DNA from: a bacterium
GTDB lineage: Bacteria; Zhuqueibacterota; QNDG01; DSAB01
DNA: 64,000 bases
Direction: 5' to 3'
Assembly: GCA_016931965.1 (NCBI GenBank)
Contig: JAFGDT010000007.1
Span: forward strand, 1,063-65,062
The notes below the pieces were generated by a model. The model worked only from the letters and a program-made list of their open reading frames with translations, ran no database searches and had not been told where the DNA came from. A program made the position numbers and the translations under genes. Of the stretch, positions 50,904-61,905 are shown piece by piece; the stretch's first letter is position 1, and every line of letters begins with the position of its first letter.

Positions 50904-53712
50904 AATCTCCCCCCATCACCGGAATATCGATAATCACATTCGTACCTTGTTTTTCGGTACTTTTTACTCGGATTCTTCCTCCATGGGTTTCAACAATCTG
51001 CTTGACAATATGCATTCCCAATCCCATACCTTTGGCTTTTGTTGAAAAATAGGGTTCAAAGATTCTCGATAAATTATCTTTTGAAATGCCAACACCATCG
51101 TCTTTCACCTGAAAACGAATCTGTTTCTTCGATTCTCTGCTCCTGCTTTGAAGCCAGATTTCAACAACACCGGTTTTTTCTATTGCTTGCAAAGCATTCT
51201 TTACCAGATTCAAAACAACCTGTTCCATTGCATCTCGATCGATATAGGCCAACGGAAGGTTATTGGAAAAATGAGTGACAATTTGTCGTCCTGATACAAG
51301 TTCAACATCCTGTTTGAGAAAAAGGATGACTTTCGTGACGATTTCTCTCAAATCACTTTTTTCAATAACCAATTCCTTCGGTCTCGAAAATTCTCGAAGC
51401 TGATCAATCGTTCTATTCAAACGCTCCGTTTCCCAACCCACAATATCCATTAATTCTTTCATACGCCCTTCAAGATGCACACGATTTTGTAAAACCTGTA
51501 CCGAATTTGTAATGGCAGCTAATGGATTTCCGATTTCATGAACCACATTACTTGCCAAAGCACCCAATCCGGCCAATTTTTCAGATTGTATCAATTTATC
51601 CTGTGTAATTTCCAGTTCGGTCAAAGCATGATTGGTCTTCTCGTATAAACGCGCATTCGTCACAGCCAAACCAATGTGTCCGCCGACACTGGAAAAAAAA
51701 TCAAAATCAATTTCGGCGGGCATGAGTTTGTGCGGACCAAATAAATTCAATGATCCCACGACACGTTTCCCCGTCTTTATCGGGACAACAAGGCAATATA
51801 TTTTCCCGGTGGTATGATTATCAACATGATCCGTTATCTTGTTCTTATAGAACAAATCATCTAAAAGCCATCGTCTTGTTTTTCCCCGCATTAAGCTCGT
51901 TCGATAATAGGACTTCTCAATATGCAGGTTTTCAAGTAAATTGATCACTTTCTCAGAAACACCTTCATCCAATTTCAATTCAACGTCAGAACGATTTTCG
52001 TTAAAAAGAAAGAGTATCCCACCTGAAAATTCTTGCATCCTGATGACCTCTTTCAATGCGGTTTCAGCAATTTGTTTCAACTCCAAAGTACCGCTTACTG
52101 AATGAGCTAAAATATTGAGAGACCGTAGTTGTTCATTTCGTTTCTGCAAATCAATTTCCATTTTCTTTCGGTGCGTAACATCTGTAAATGTTGTAAAAAC
52201 CGAACTTGGTTGATGAAGCTGACCATAAAAAACAGGAGTGGCACTTAAAAGAAGCCATTTCCTTTCTTTATTGGGAGTTAGAATTCCCAATACAACATCC
52301 GATACAGATTTGCCTGTACGAAAGGCCTGGAGAACGGGATGCTCTTCCGGAGAGAGTCTCAAACCATTTTCCTTGATCGTATGCCAACACAGATCTGTTG
52401 GTAACCGTCCAATCATTTCATACATTCGCATGCCCATAATCTGTTCAGCGGCAGGATTACACGAAATGATTTTATTATTGACTCCAAAATAGATGACTCC
52501 CTGATTCATCGTCTCAAAAAGACCTCGGTAACGCTTTTCGGACATCTGAAGAGCTTCTTCAGCCTGTTTACGGTTTGTAATGTCCCTCGTCGTGGCAATA
52601 AACTGCTTTGGTTTCCCATGGGCATCTCTAATCAAAGCCGAACTTAATTCGCCGATAAAAGAGGTGTTATCTTCTCGAATCAAATTGTATTCAATATTTC
52701 TGACGATTTCACCATCTAATGTTCTTAAAAGATTTCTTTTTGCTTTTTTATGTTCTTCCTTATCAATAAGTTCAAAAGCACTTCTACCCAGCAGATCACT
52801 ACTATTTTTTAAACCGTGCAGGTCAAGTGTTCTCTGTGAAACATAAGTGATTTTACCATTAAGATCCGTTACCGTCACAGCTTCAGGAGTCGTTTCAACA
52901 AGTCGTCTGTACATCTCTTCCGATTCCTGAAGAGCTTCCTCAGCTTGTTTACGCTTGGTAATATCTCTAAATACCAGAACAGTACCAATGACATCGCCTC
53001 TCTGATCTTTAATGGGTGCAGCATTGTCATCAATGGGCATCTTCTTTCCATTTTTTGTAATTAAAATCGTCTGATCTGATAATTTAAAAATTTTACCAGT
53101 TCGTATGACCATCTCGACAGGATTCGGAACTGGCTTACCTTTATTCTCAAGAACAATGGAAAAAACATCTTTTAGAGAACGGCCAACTGCTTCTTCTTGT
53201 TTCCATCCGGTTAGCTTCTCTGCTACGGAATTCATAAACATAACCTGCCCACTTCTATTGGTGGCAATGAGTCCATCTCCGATGCTCATGAGTGTGGTCG
53301 AAAACCAAACTTCACTTTCTTTCAGCTTTTTTTCCATATGATGCTTATAAAGAGCCATTTCTATGGTGCTGAGCAGTTCCCGATCATTAAAAGGTTTAAT
53401 AATATAGCCAAAGGGTTCTGTAATTTTGGCTTTCTCTAAAATCTCTTGATCGGCATAGGCCGTGAGGTAGACAATGGGTATGTCAAAATCAGACCGTATT
53501 TTCTCTGCAGTTTGAATACCGTTCATTTTCCCCTGAATGACGATATCCATTAAAATCAAATTGGGTGGCTCTTTTTGGACATGCTTTACAGCCATCGCTC
53601 CAGTTGATACAGTTCCTGTAACAGAATACCCGATATTCTTCAAACTGCTTTTAATGTCTTCGGCAACAATGCGTTCATCCTCGACGACCAAGACTTTGAC
53701 CTTATTATGCAT
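50896..53712 (-). CDS. Sensor kinase: receiver, three PAS, GAF, HisKA, HATPase
   Basis: N-terminal VLVVEDE; PAS repeats; HEIGNPL; NLVKNA; DDGVG; GMGLG. Confidence 0.92.
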   Translation of the reverse strand: MHNKVKVLVVEDERIVAEDIKSSLKNIGYSVTGTVSTGAMAVKHVQKEPPNLILMDIVIQGKMNGIQTAEKIRSDFDIPIVYLTAYADQEILEKAKITEPFGYIIKPFNDRELLSTIEMALYKHHMEKKLKESEVWFSTTLMSIGDGLIATNRSGQVMFMNSVAEKLTGWKQEEAVGRSLKDVFSIVLENKGKPVPNPVEMVIRTGKIFKLSDQTILITKNGKKMPIDDNAAPIKDQRGDVIGTVLVFRDITKRKQAEEALQESEEMYRRLVETTPEAVTVTDLNGKITYVSQRTLDLHGLKNSSDLLGRSAFELIDKEEHKKAKRNLLRTLDGEIVRNIEYNLIREDNTSFIGELSSALIRDAHGKPKQFIATTRDITNRKQAEEALQMSEKRYRGLFETMNQGVIYFGVNNKIISCNPAAEQIMGMRMYEMIGRLPTDLCWHTIKENGLRLSPEEHPVLQAFRTGKSVSDVVLGILTPNKERKWLLLSATPVFYGQLHQPSSVFTTFTDVTHRKKMEIDLQKRNEQLRSLNILAHSVSGTLELKQIAETALKEVIRMQEFSGGILFLFNENRSDVELKLDEGVSEKVINLLENLHIEKSYYRTSLMRGKTRRWLLDDLFYKNKITDHVDNHTTGKIYCLVVPIKTGKRVVGSLNLFGPHKLMPAEIDFDFFSSVGGHIGLAVTNARLYEKTNHALTELEITQDKLIQSEKLAGLGALASNVVHEIGNPLAAITNSVQVLQNRVHLEGRMKELMDIVGWETERLNRTIDQLREFSRPKELVIEKSDLREIVTKVILFLKQDVELVSGRQIVTHFSNNLPLAYIDRDAMEQVVLNLVKNALQAIEKTGVVEIWLQSRSRESKKQIRFQVKDDGVGISKDNLSRIFEPYFSTKAKGMGLGMHIVKQIVETHGGRIRVKSTEKQGTNVIIDIPVMGGDYA

Positions 53713-54040
53713 ATTTTTTATCCAGCATTTTTCTGTTTCAATATGAATATTTCTCTATTTTATCGATGCAGATTGAATGTACTAACATGGAACAAATGAT
53801 GTTGAAATATATGCAAAGAAGCATGTCAAATCAAGAAAAATATCTTAAATCTAATGATCATTCCGAAAAAGGATTAATTAAGGTGATCTTGAAATATTAA
53901 ATTTCATCGAAATTAAACGCTTTTATTGAAACGCTGGAATTTCACTTGAAGAATTCAAACCCACGCACGATAATGAAAATCTGAAGATACGATGAACCAT
54001 TTGATTATTGAACAAAATTTGTTAAATTCCCCTGACTCTA

Positions 54041-54856
54041 TTGATGATCCATTATCCTATGAAAAAACAGATGTCCAAATACAACTATCTTGCCCTCGAT
54101 TTTGACGGCGTTATCGCCGATAGCATACAGGAATGTCTTGTAGTGGGATGCAACGCCTTTATAGAATACACAGGAAAGGGAAATAAAATCACGAACCTTT
54201 CCTCGCTTGATCTCAAGGATATGTCTGAGTTCCGTCGCTTGAGATATTTTATTCGCTCCGGAGAGGATTATGTCTATATCCAGCTGGCACTATTTGAGGG
54301 CGCGAACATCCAAACGCAACAAGATTTTGACAGGTTCGTCAGCAAAAAGGCGCATCTGAAGCAGACTTTCTTCGATCTCATTTATCAAGAAAGGGAACGG
54401 CTACTCAACCAATTCACCGATATATGGATTCAACTGAATCCCTTGTACGATGGCATGAGGGAATTCATCAGCCAGTTTACTCATAGAGAACATTTTGCTA
54501 TTATTTCCACCAAAAAACAAATTTTTATCCATCGAATACTGGAAGGTCATGGAATTAATTTCCCGATGCAACGCATTCTTCAAGCCGTGGAGAACCGACC
54601 CAAATCGCAGATCATTCTGGATTTGCTGAAGCAAAGTGGACTGGAACCCGCCCATTTTATTTTTGTGGATGATCATGCGGATACGCTGATCAAAATGAAA
54701 CACACTGCCGTAACCCTTTGTCTTGCAGGTTGGGGTTACAACAATGACGCACAAAAAACCAGAGTCAGAAAAGCATGCCTTCCTGTTCTTACCTTGGATC
54801 AATTTTATCAAACCATGAAGACATGCAGCCATAATGAAAAATCGAACCAAACCTGA
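54041..54856 (+). CDS. HAD-superfamily hydrolase
   Basis: LDFDGVIADS motif I; FVDD motif IV; start may be MSKY at 54071. Confidence 0.8.
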   Translation: MMIHYPMKKQMSKYNYLALDFDGVIADSIQECLVVGCNAFIEYTGKGNKITNLSSLDLKDMSEFRRLRYFIRSGEDYVYIQLALFEGANIQTQQDFDRFVSKKAHLKQTFFDLIYQERERLLNQFTDIWIQLNPLYDGMREFISQFTHREHFAIISTKKQIFIHRILEGHGINFPMQRILQAVENRPKSQIILDLLKQSGLEPAHFIFVDDHADTLIKMKHTAVTLCLAGWGYNNDAQKTRVRKACLPVLTLDQFYQTMKTCSHNEKSNQT

Positions 54857-55936
54857 TCACCGCTTGACCCGCGCATTGCCCTCCCAGATTCTCCAGATTT
54901 GCTCTTCACCATCCGGTTGGGCATAATCGGTCAGAAGGGTGGTCACAAGAGCCCCGGTAGCCCAGCCAAATTGAATCCACTTTTCCGGTTTCCAGCCTTT
55001 TAAAATGCCATAGAGCAACCCACCCACAAAACCGTCTCCACCACCGATGCGGTCGATCACCACAATCTCTCTCGGTTCTACGATATGGAAATGATCTCCT
55101 TCCGAAAGGACCGCACCCCAGAGATGGCGGTTTGTATGAACGACCTGACGCAGGGTTGTGGCAAAAACGGAAGCATTGGGGAATGTCATTTTGACTCGGC
55201 CGATCATTTCCTTGAATCCTTCGATTTTGTCTGCCAGATCTCGACCGCCTGTTTCGGGACCTTTGATTCCCAAACAAAGCTGAAAATCCTCTTCATTTCC
55301 AACAAGAATGTCGGATAGACTGGCGATTTCTGTAAAAATCTCACGGAGTTCTTTTTCCCTGTTTTTCCAGAAGGAGGCACGGTAATTCAGGTCAAAGGAA
55401 ATAAAGGTCCCAACCTTCTTTGCCGATCGAGCCAGTTCGAGACAAAAATGGCCGGTTTCGGCGGACAAGGCACCGATCAAGCCCGACATATGCATGATCT
55501 GAACGCCTTCCTGTCCGAAAATCCGGTCCAAGTCAAAATCACGAACATATAAATGCCGGCCAACCTCACCAGCCCGGTCGTTGTATACCTGGGGACCGCG
55601 GGATCCGTATCCACTGTCAGCCACATTGATCTGATGGCGCACGCCCCAGGGACCGTCGGATTTGATCTCCGGACCTTCAAAGTCCATATGCCTGCTTGCC
55701 AGATTGTCCTTAATCATCCGGGAGAGGGGACTACCTTGAACAAAAGCAGTCAGCACTTTAACCGGAAAGCCGAGATAGGAAACCACACTGGCCACATTGG
55801 ACTCGGCGCTGGTTACAGTCATCTTGAATGTATGGCTGCAATAAACAGGTTGGCCATCGGTAGGGATAATGCGTAATCCCATACTTGTAGGTACAAGCAT
55901 GGCGTATGCCCGATTCTTTGGAAGTTGGATATGCAT
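54857..55936 (-). CDS. PfkB-family sugar kinase (KdgK-like)
   Basis: FDLNYRASFW, GNEEDF, DRIGGGDGFVGG. Confidence 0.85.
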   Translation of the reverse strand: MHIQLPKNRAYAMLVPTSMGLRIIPTDGQPVYCSHTFKMTVTSAESNVASVVSYLGFPVKVLTAFVQGSPLSRMIKDNLASRHMDFEGPEIKSDGPWGVRHQINVADSGYGSRGPQVYNDRAGEVGRHLYVRDFDLDRIFGQEGVQIMHMSGLIGALSAETGHFCLELARSAKKVGTFISFDLNYRASFWKNREKELREIFTEIASLSDILVGNEEDFQLCLGIKGPETGGRDLADKIEGFKEMIGRVKMTFPNASVFATTLRQVVHTNRHLWGAVLSEGDHFHIVEPREIVVIDRIGGGDGFVGGLLYGILKGWKPEKWIQFGWATGALVTTLLTDYAQPDGEEQIWRIWEGNARVKR

Positions 55937-56153
55937 CCTTATACTCCTATGATAAAATAGATCTTTTTTTAATCAATATATTTTCGAATAGAATGAATAG
56001 GGACGATGAAAACGGTATATTCAACCGACAAGATCCAAAACCAAAGGGGAATGAAATCCCATTCGTGCTACAATCAGTTCACATGCCTTGATCCAATCCC
56101 TGGATACGCCTCGCTCTTCTCCATGCTTCTTGCAGGATCGATTGTGTATTGCC

Positions 56154-57571
56154 TCATTTTTCCGTCCATTTGGTGTGAAAGAACACACCTCTTGGTTTGT
56201 CGATTCGTTCGTAAGTATGGGCTCCGAAATAATCCCGCTGGGCTTGAAGGAGATTAGCCGGCAACCGATCGCTGCGGTAACTGTCATAATAGGCCAATGC
56301 ACTCGAAAAAGCCGGAACTGGAACACCCGACTTGATAGCCTGAGCGACCACCTCTCTCCAAGCCTCTTGATATTTTTCAATAACGCTTTTAAAATAAGGA
56401 TATAACAGTAAATTGGACAGATCGGGAACGCTGTTGAAAACATCGGCAATCTGACTCAAAAACCGAGCGCGAATGATACATCCTCCCCGCCATAATGAAG
56501 CAATCTTCCCGTATCGCAGATCCCATCCATACTCTTTGGAAGCTTCTCCCAATATCTGGAATCCCTGGGCATACGAACAGATCTTCGACACATAAAGGGC
56601 TTGACGTATCTTTTCGATGAAGATTTCTTTATCACCCCAAAATGATGATGTTAAACCTTTCAGCTGTTTTGCTGCCTTGATCCGTTCCTCTTTTCTTGCA
56701 CTCATTGTTCGGGCAAAGACCGCCTCAGCGATAGTCGCTGCGGGAACACCCAAATCCAGGGCAACCTGACTGGTCCATTTGCCGTGCCTTTCTGGCCAGC
56801 GGTATCCAAAATAACATCGATCAGAGGTTTCCCGGTTTCTTCATCGATTTTGGACATAATATCTGCCGTGATCTCAATGAGATAGCTGTTAAGCTCACCC
56901 CTGTTCCAGTTGGAAAAAATCGAATGCATCTCTGAAGGGGATAATCCAAAAGCCTGTTGCAAGAGATCATACACCTCACAAATCATCTGCATATCGCCAT
57001 ATTCGATACCATTGTGCACCATTTTTACGAAATGACCGGCGCCGCCATTCCCGATCCAATCACAACAGGGCGTATCATCATCCACCTTGGCAGCGATGGT
57101 TTGAAAAATAGATTTTATCAAAGGCCAGGCTTCGGGATTTCCTCCCGGCATGATGGAGGGTCCCCACAGGGCTCCTTCCTCACCACCACTGATACCCGTT
57201 CCGATATAGAGAATGCCGGTGCCTTCCAGATTTTTTATCCGTCTCTCGGTGTCCTTGTAGTAAGTATTACCGCCGTCAATAAGCAGATCACCAGAAACAA
57301 GATGGGGCATCAGGCTGCTGATGACTCTATCCACCGGATCCCCGGCAGGTACCATGATGAGAATTCTTTTGGGAGATGCCAAATCACTGAGAAAACCGAT
57401 GAGATCATGACGAATAAAAATCTCTTTATTTTCAATCCTTTTTTGGAAGGACTCTCTCTTTTTCTCATCCAGATCAAAACCAGCAACGGTATATCCATTT
57501 CGTTCCATATTTAAACAGATACTCTGTCCCATAACGCCAAGACCAATGATGCCTAGAAATTGCTTTGTCAT
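56154..57571 (-). pseudogene. gnd: NADP-dependent 6-phosphogluconate dehydrogenase with a single-base frameshift (real or assembly error)
   Basis: [37 protein letters not shown]; adding one G at 56782-56783 restores GQKGTGKWT and a 472-aa ORF. Confidence 0.9.
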
Positions 57572-57810
57572 TTTTAACTCCCAAACAAAATAAGCGAACT
57601 GCTGTTCAAAAATAGCGATCTCGATTAAAAAACAGTGTGACAACAAATCATATGAATAAAAAATCTTGCCGGGAATAAACACATGGATACGGAGAATATC
57701 CTTTAAAAATTGAATTGTCTTTCTCTGAACAACCGATTCCCGTGTTATTTCCCCCTCCAAAATTCTCCATCTCTCATTGAAAACACGGCTCAAATCGCTG
57801 TTTTTCACAT

Positions 57811-57846
57811 AAACAAGGGCTTAAAAATAATTCTAAGCCCTTGTTT
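57811..57846. terminator. 13-bp perfect hairpin downstream of the tRNA
   Basis: aaacaagggctta-N10-taagcccttgttt. Confidence 0.6.
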
Positions 57847-57852
57847 TAACTG

Positions 57853-57925
<73 letters not shown>

Positions 57926-58018
57926 ATGAATAACTGAATCAATTTTAATATAACTAATTTTGAAAAAATGTCAAGACCTTTTTATCCCCATGTCTATTCG
58001 ATCCCCAAATCCACAATC

Positions 58019-61000
58019 TTATGCAGCATTTTCTTCATCATCTTCAAATTTCACCGACACAATTCTGGACACGCCTTCTTCCTCCATAGTGACCCCGTAT
58101 AAGGCCTGGGCTACTTTCATCGTCACCTTGTTGTGTGTCACAATAATAAATTGTGTTTTCTGAGCATATTCCTGAAGGACGCGTGTAAATCGATTCACAT
58201 TGGCGTCATCCAAAGGGGCATCGATTTCATCCAAAATACAGAATGGACTGGGTTTAACCAGATAGAGTGCAAAAAGAAGGGAAATGGCTGTCAAAGCCCT
58301 TTCTCCTCCAGAAAGCAGATCCAGATCCCTGAAATGTTTTCCTGCAGGACGCGCAATGATTTCAATTTGCGCTTCCAGAGGATCTTCTCCCTCGATCAAC
58401 CGGAGATCAGCTTCCCCTCCCTGAAAAAATCGGCCAAACGTTTCCTTGAAATTTTCACGAACCTGAGCAAAGACATCAACAAATCTCTGACGGGCCGTGC
58501 GATTGATTTTGAGTATCGTTTCGTTTAATGTCTCTTCCGCTTGCAACAAATCGGTACGCTGTCGGTTCAGAAAATCCAGCCTTTCCTTCGATTCTTCGAA
58601 TTCCTGAAGCGCCAACATATTAACAGGACCCAATGCCTTTATTTTTTGTTTAAGATTGTCGATTTCCCGTTCCGATTCATTCATATCAATTTTATCTTCT
58701 AATGTAATCTTTTTTAATTTGATTCCATAACTTTCCCACAAACGATCCTTGATGGATTCCTCCTGATGTTCCAGATCGGAGATCTCCATTGCAAGCTGAT
58801 GAACATCTTCCGACGCCCTGTCCCGATCCCTTCGGACCCGGCTCACTTCTCTTTCATGCATTTGGATATCTTCACTCAGCTTCCGATAAATTTCCTCCTG
58901 TTCCCGCAACTGGGATTCAACTTTCCCTTTCATTGCAAAATGCTCTGTTAATATTTTTTCGTTTTGTACCGTCTCCTTCTCATACCGCTCAATTTGCTCT
59001 TTCGAGGAATCAATTTCATTTTTTCTTTCCGTGATCGTCGTTTGCAGATCTTCAATCAATCCTTGAGACCTCTCAATATTATAATCAAGAGTGCCAGCCT
59101 CTCCTTTGAGCCTGACGACTGACAGATTAAGTCGATGAACCTCTTCCTCCTTCAGTTTCTCTTCATTTTCCAGCCGATCCACTTCAGCCTGAATCTGACC
59201 GGAAATCGCTTCAATTTGCTCCCGTTTTTCTAAAAGGGTTTCAATTTGAGGATGGATATTCTCAAGAATATCCTTTGCTTTCTCAATTTCAATCAACAAT
59301 TTTTTTCTTTCATCCACATTTTTGTGAATGCTTTCTCCCGCTTTTTCCCATTCAAAATTGATTTTAGCCTGTTCTTTTTCCGTTTTATTGATTGTTTCCT
59401 CGATATCCGTTAATCGCGTCTGCAATCCCACTTTTTCTTCGGATAATGTTTGAAAACGGTTCTCGTAATGAGTAAGTTGTTTTTCTGAAACAGCCTTGCT
59501 TTCTTGTAACTGTTTCACATTTTCTTCCAATTCATGCATCCTCTGCAAACGGCCCACCCTTTGATGGTCATCTCCTGAATCGCTTCCAGCTTGAAAAACG
59601 CCCCATTTTGTGACCAGCTCACCCTGCAGTGTCGCTAACCGAACCTGACCGTCAGAGATATGGTCGATGGCTTTTTGTGCGGTATTGAGATCTTGAACAA
59701 TGAGAAGGTCTCCCAAAAGATAGGTCATTATAGAACGGAATCGATCATCGCATTGAACCAAATCATCTCCCCATCCGATAAAATCAAATTTTTCGGGAAG
59801 TGGAAATCGTTTTTGTGTATTCGCTATCCTTTTCATTCGGTCTACACTTACCAGCGTAACCTTTCCCCCTCCCCTGTCTCTCAAGAGTTGAATCGCATGA
59901 AAAGCCTGCGCTCTCTTTTCAAATAAAAGATAATTTGCGGCATCTCCCAAACCGATTTCAAGTGCATTTCGATATTTCGGGGCAGTCTCAAACAGATCCA
60001 CCAAAACACCCAGCAAACCTTCGGGTTTGAGCTTAAGCAACTTCTTGGCTCCATCTGTCGTATCTTCATGATTCTCAATAACCTTCTTCAAAAACAACAA
60101 CCGGCCATGCTGAAGCTCTAACAAACTCTGGTCTCTGTATACTGCCTCTTTTGCAGATGCAATCGAGTTCTGAACTTTCTCTATATGGGTTTCAATTTCT
60201 TCTTTTTTCTTGATAATAGCCTGCCGCTCGGACCGATGTCTTTGTAATGTGTGATCCAACCTTTTTTGAATTTCCTGAGTCTTTTTCTGAACCTCCCTGT
60301 AAATCGCGTCCTCATCATCCAGTCGTTCCAGTCTTCCCTGGTTGTTGTCTATTTTTGCCCGAATCACAATTTCTTCGTTGCTCAATTGATTGTTTTTCTC
60401 GAGACAATTTATGATTTCTTTCTTTCGATTATTCAGTTCCAACCGTTTCAGATTGAGACCCTGTTGAAAGACTTCCAATTCTTTTGACTTATTATTAAAA
60501 AGCCTTCCCGAACTGGTTATTTTGACCTGTAAAGCTTCTCGATTCTGAATTGCAACATCAAGGTGAATCTTCTGTTCATCCAAACGTTTTGTCAATGTTT
60601 CAATTTCCTGGTAATGACGAACAATCAATTCTTTCAATGACGCGACGCGCTCCTTTCCGACTCGAATATCGCTTTCGCAACGGTGCAACTGTTCTATCAC
60701 TGCATTCAGCTCTTCTCGAACCTGTGTCAGTGCTTTTTCACTTTCAACCAAGTTCAAACGAAACGATTCCAAATCGGCCTCTTCTTTGGTTATTTCAGTT
60801 GTACGACCTTCTTTTTGGCTCTGATACATTTTGAGTTTCTCGCGCAAAGGCTTGATTTCTTCTTGAAGCCGGGTATAGAGTTGACATCCCCTTTTCAATT
60901 CCAGCGATTTGATCTTTTCCTGAAGGTCTAGATACCGCTTTGCCCGCTGTACTTGCCTCTTTAAAGAAGAGACATTTCGCCCCACTTCCTGAACAATATC

Positions 61001-61576
61001 ATTGACTCGAAGAAGATCGTGATGGGTGGCATCCAGTTTCCTTGCTGCTGCCTTTAACCGATGCTTATACTTCGTCACACCTGCAGCTTCTTCTAATAGC
61101 CTCCTTCTATCCTCGGCCTTCTCACTGAGAATATCTTCAACCATTTTAAGCTCGATAACCGAATAGGCATCCGCGCCAATTCCCGTATCCATAAATAGAT
61201 CTTGAATATCTTTCAGACGAACGGTGTTTTTATTTAAAATATATTCGCTCTCCCCGGATCGATAGAGGCGTCGCGTAACCACCACTTCTGTATAATCAAT
61301 GGGAAGAAGATGTTTGGAATTATCAAAATGCACAGAGACCTCTGCCATACCCAATGGCCGGGAACTTTGTGCCCCTCCAAAAATGACATTCTCCATCCGG
61401 TCGGCCCGTAGAACCGATGTTTTCTGTTCCCCAAGACCCCAGCGAATCGAATCGACAATATTCGTTTTGCCACAGCCATTTGGACCGACGATGGCGGTTA
61501 TCCTGCCGTCAAAATGCAAATCTACTTTTTTTGCGAATGATTTAAATCCATGCAAGCTTATCTTTGACAGAACCAT
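58019..61576 (-). CDS. smc: Chromosome segregation protein SMC
   Basis: GFKSF, GPNGCGKTN, coiled coils, hinge, LSGGE, DEIDAPLD, VTH; start MVLSK. Confidence 0.96.
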   Translation of the reverse strand: MVLSKISLHGFKSFAKKVDLHFDGRITAIVGPNGCGKTNIVDSIRWGLGEQKTSVLRADRMENVIFGGAQSSRPLGMAEVSVHFDNSKHLLPIDYTEVVVTRRLYRSGESEYILNKNTVRLKDIQDLFMDTGIGADAYSVIELKMVEDILSEKAEDRRRLLEEAAGVTKYKHRLKAAARKLDATHHDLLRVNDIVQEVGRNVSSLKRQVQRAKRYLDLQEKIKSLELKRGCQLYTRLQEEIKPLREKLKMYQSQKEGRTTEITKEEADLESFRLNLVESEKALTQVREELNAVIEQLHRCESDIRVGKERVASLKELIVRHYQEIETLTKRLDEQKIHLDVAIQNREALQVKITSSGRLFNNKSKELEVFQQGLNLKRLELNNRKKEIINCLEKNNQLSNEEIVIRAKIDNNQGRLERLDDEDAIYREVQKKTQEIQKRLDHTLQRHRSERQAIIKKKEEIETHIEKVQNSIASAKEAVYRDQSLLELQHGRLLFLKKVIENHEDTTDGAKKLLKLKPEGLLGVLVDLFETAPKYRNALEIGLGDAANYLLFEKRAQAFHAIQLLRDRGGGKVTLVSVDRMKRIANTQKRFPLPEKFDFIGWGDDLVQCDDRFRSIMTYLLGDLLIVQDLNTAQKAIDHISDGQVRLATLQGELVTKWGVFQAGSDSGDDHQRVGRLQRMHELEENVKQLQESKAVSEKQLTHYENRFQTLSEEKVGLQTRLTDIEETINKTEKEQAKINFEWEKAGESIHKNVDERKKLLIEIEKAKDILENIHPQIETLLEKREQIEAISGQIQAEVDRLENEEKLKEEEVHRLNLSVVRLKGEAGTLDYNIERSQGLIEDLQTTITERKNEIDSSKEQIERYEKETVQNEKILTEHFAMKGKVESQLREQEEIYRKLSEDIQMHEREVSRVRRDRDRASEDVHQLAMEISDLEHQEESIKDRLWESYGIKLKKITLEDKIDMNESEREIDNLKQKIKALGPVNMLALQEFEESKERLDFLNRQRTDLLQAEETLNETILKINRTARQRFVDVFAQVRENFKETFGRFFQGGEADLRLIEGEDPLEAQIEIIARPAGKHFRDLDLLSGGERALTAISLLFALYLVKPSPFCILDEIDAPLDDANVNRFTRVLQEYAQKTQFIIVTHNKVTMKVAQALYGVTMEEEGVSRIVSVKFEDDEENAA

Positions 61577-61905
61577 ATTCAATCCATCATTTGGACACGG
61601 ACCATGGGTTTTGATCACATTTTCTGGTATGTATGAAGGAAACCCCTCCTTTGGTGCTGTTAAGAGGGGGATAAATCTGTCCGATCCTTCCTCATCGAAC
61701 AGATGTCAATATAGCTATTTATCAAAATCATGTCAAGCAAAAACTCTACAGTGAAGACATCATATCGATAGAAATGATTTTTATCCTTTACTTTCTGAAT
61801 TATTTTACTTATTTTCGTTAATAATAATAAAGAAGGATGCCATTTCAGACACATCTATATGATATATGGACACTTCTTACACATTCTTGTAATAATAGAC
61901 TAAAA

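Noticed and set aside
53811-53830. Third sigma54 site upstream of the large kinase
   Set aside because: Lacks the GG at -24 and the spacing is one base too long.
56775-56790. Programmed ribosomal frameshift in gnd
   Set aside because: No slippery heptamer at the site, the shift is in a conserved catalytic region, and I know no precedent for gnd.
57572-57808. 79-aa N-terminal extension of gnd in the ORF track
   Set aside because: Gnd homology starts at MTKQFLG (57571) with an upstream GGAG; the extension has no recognisable motif.
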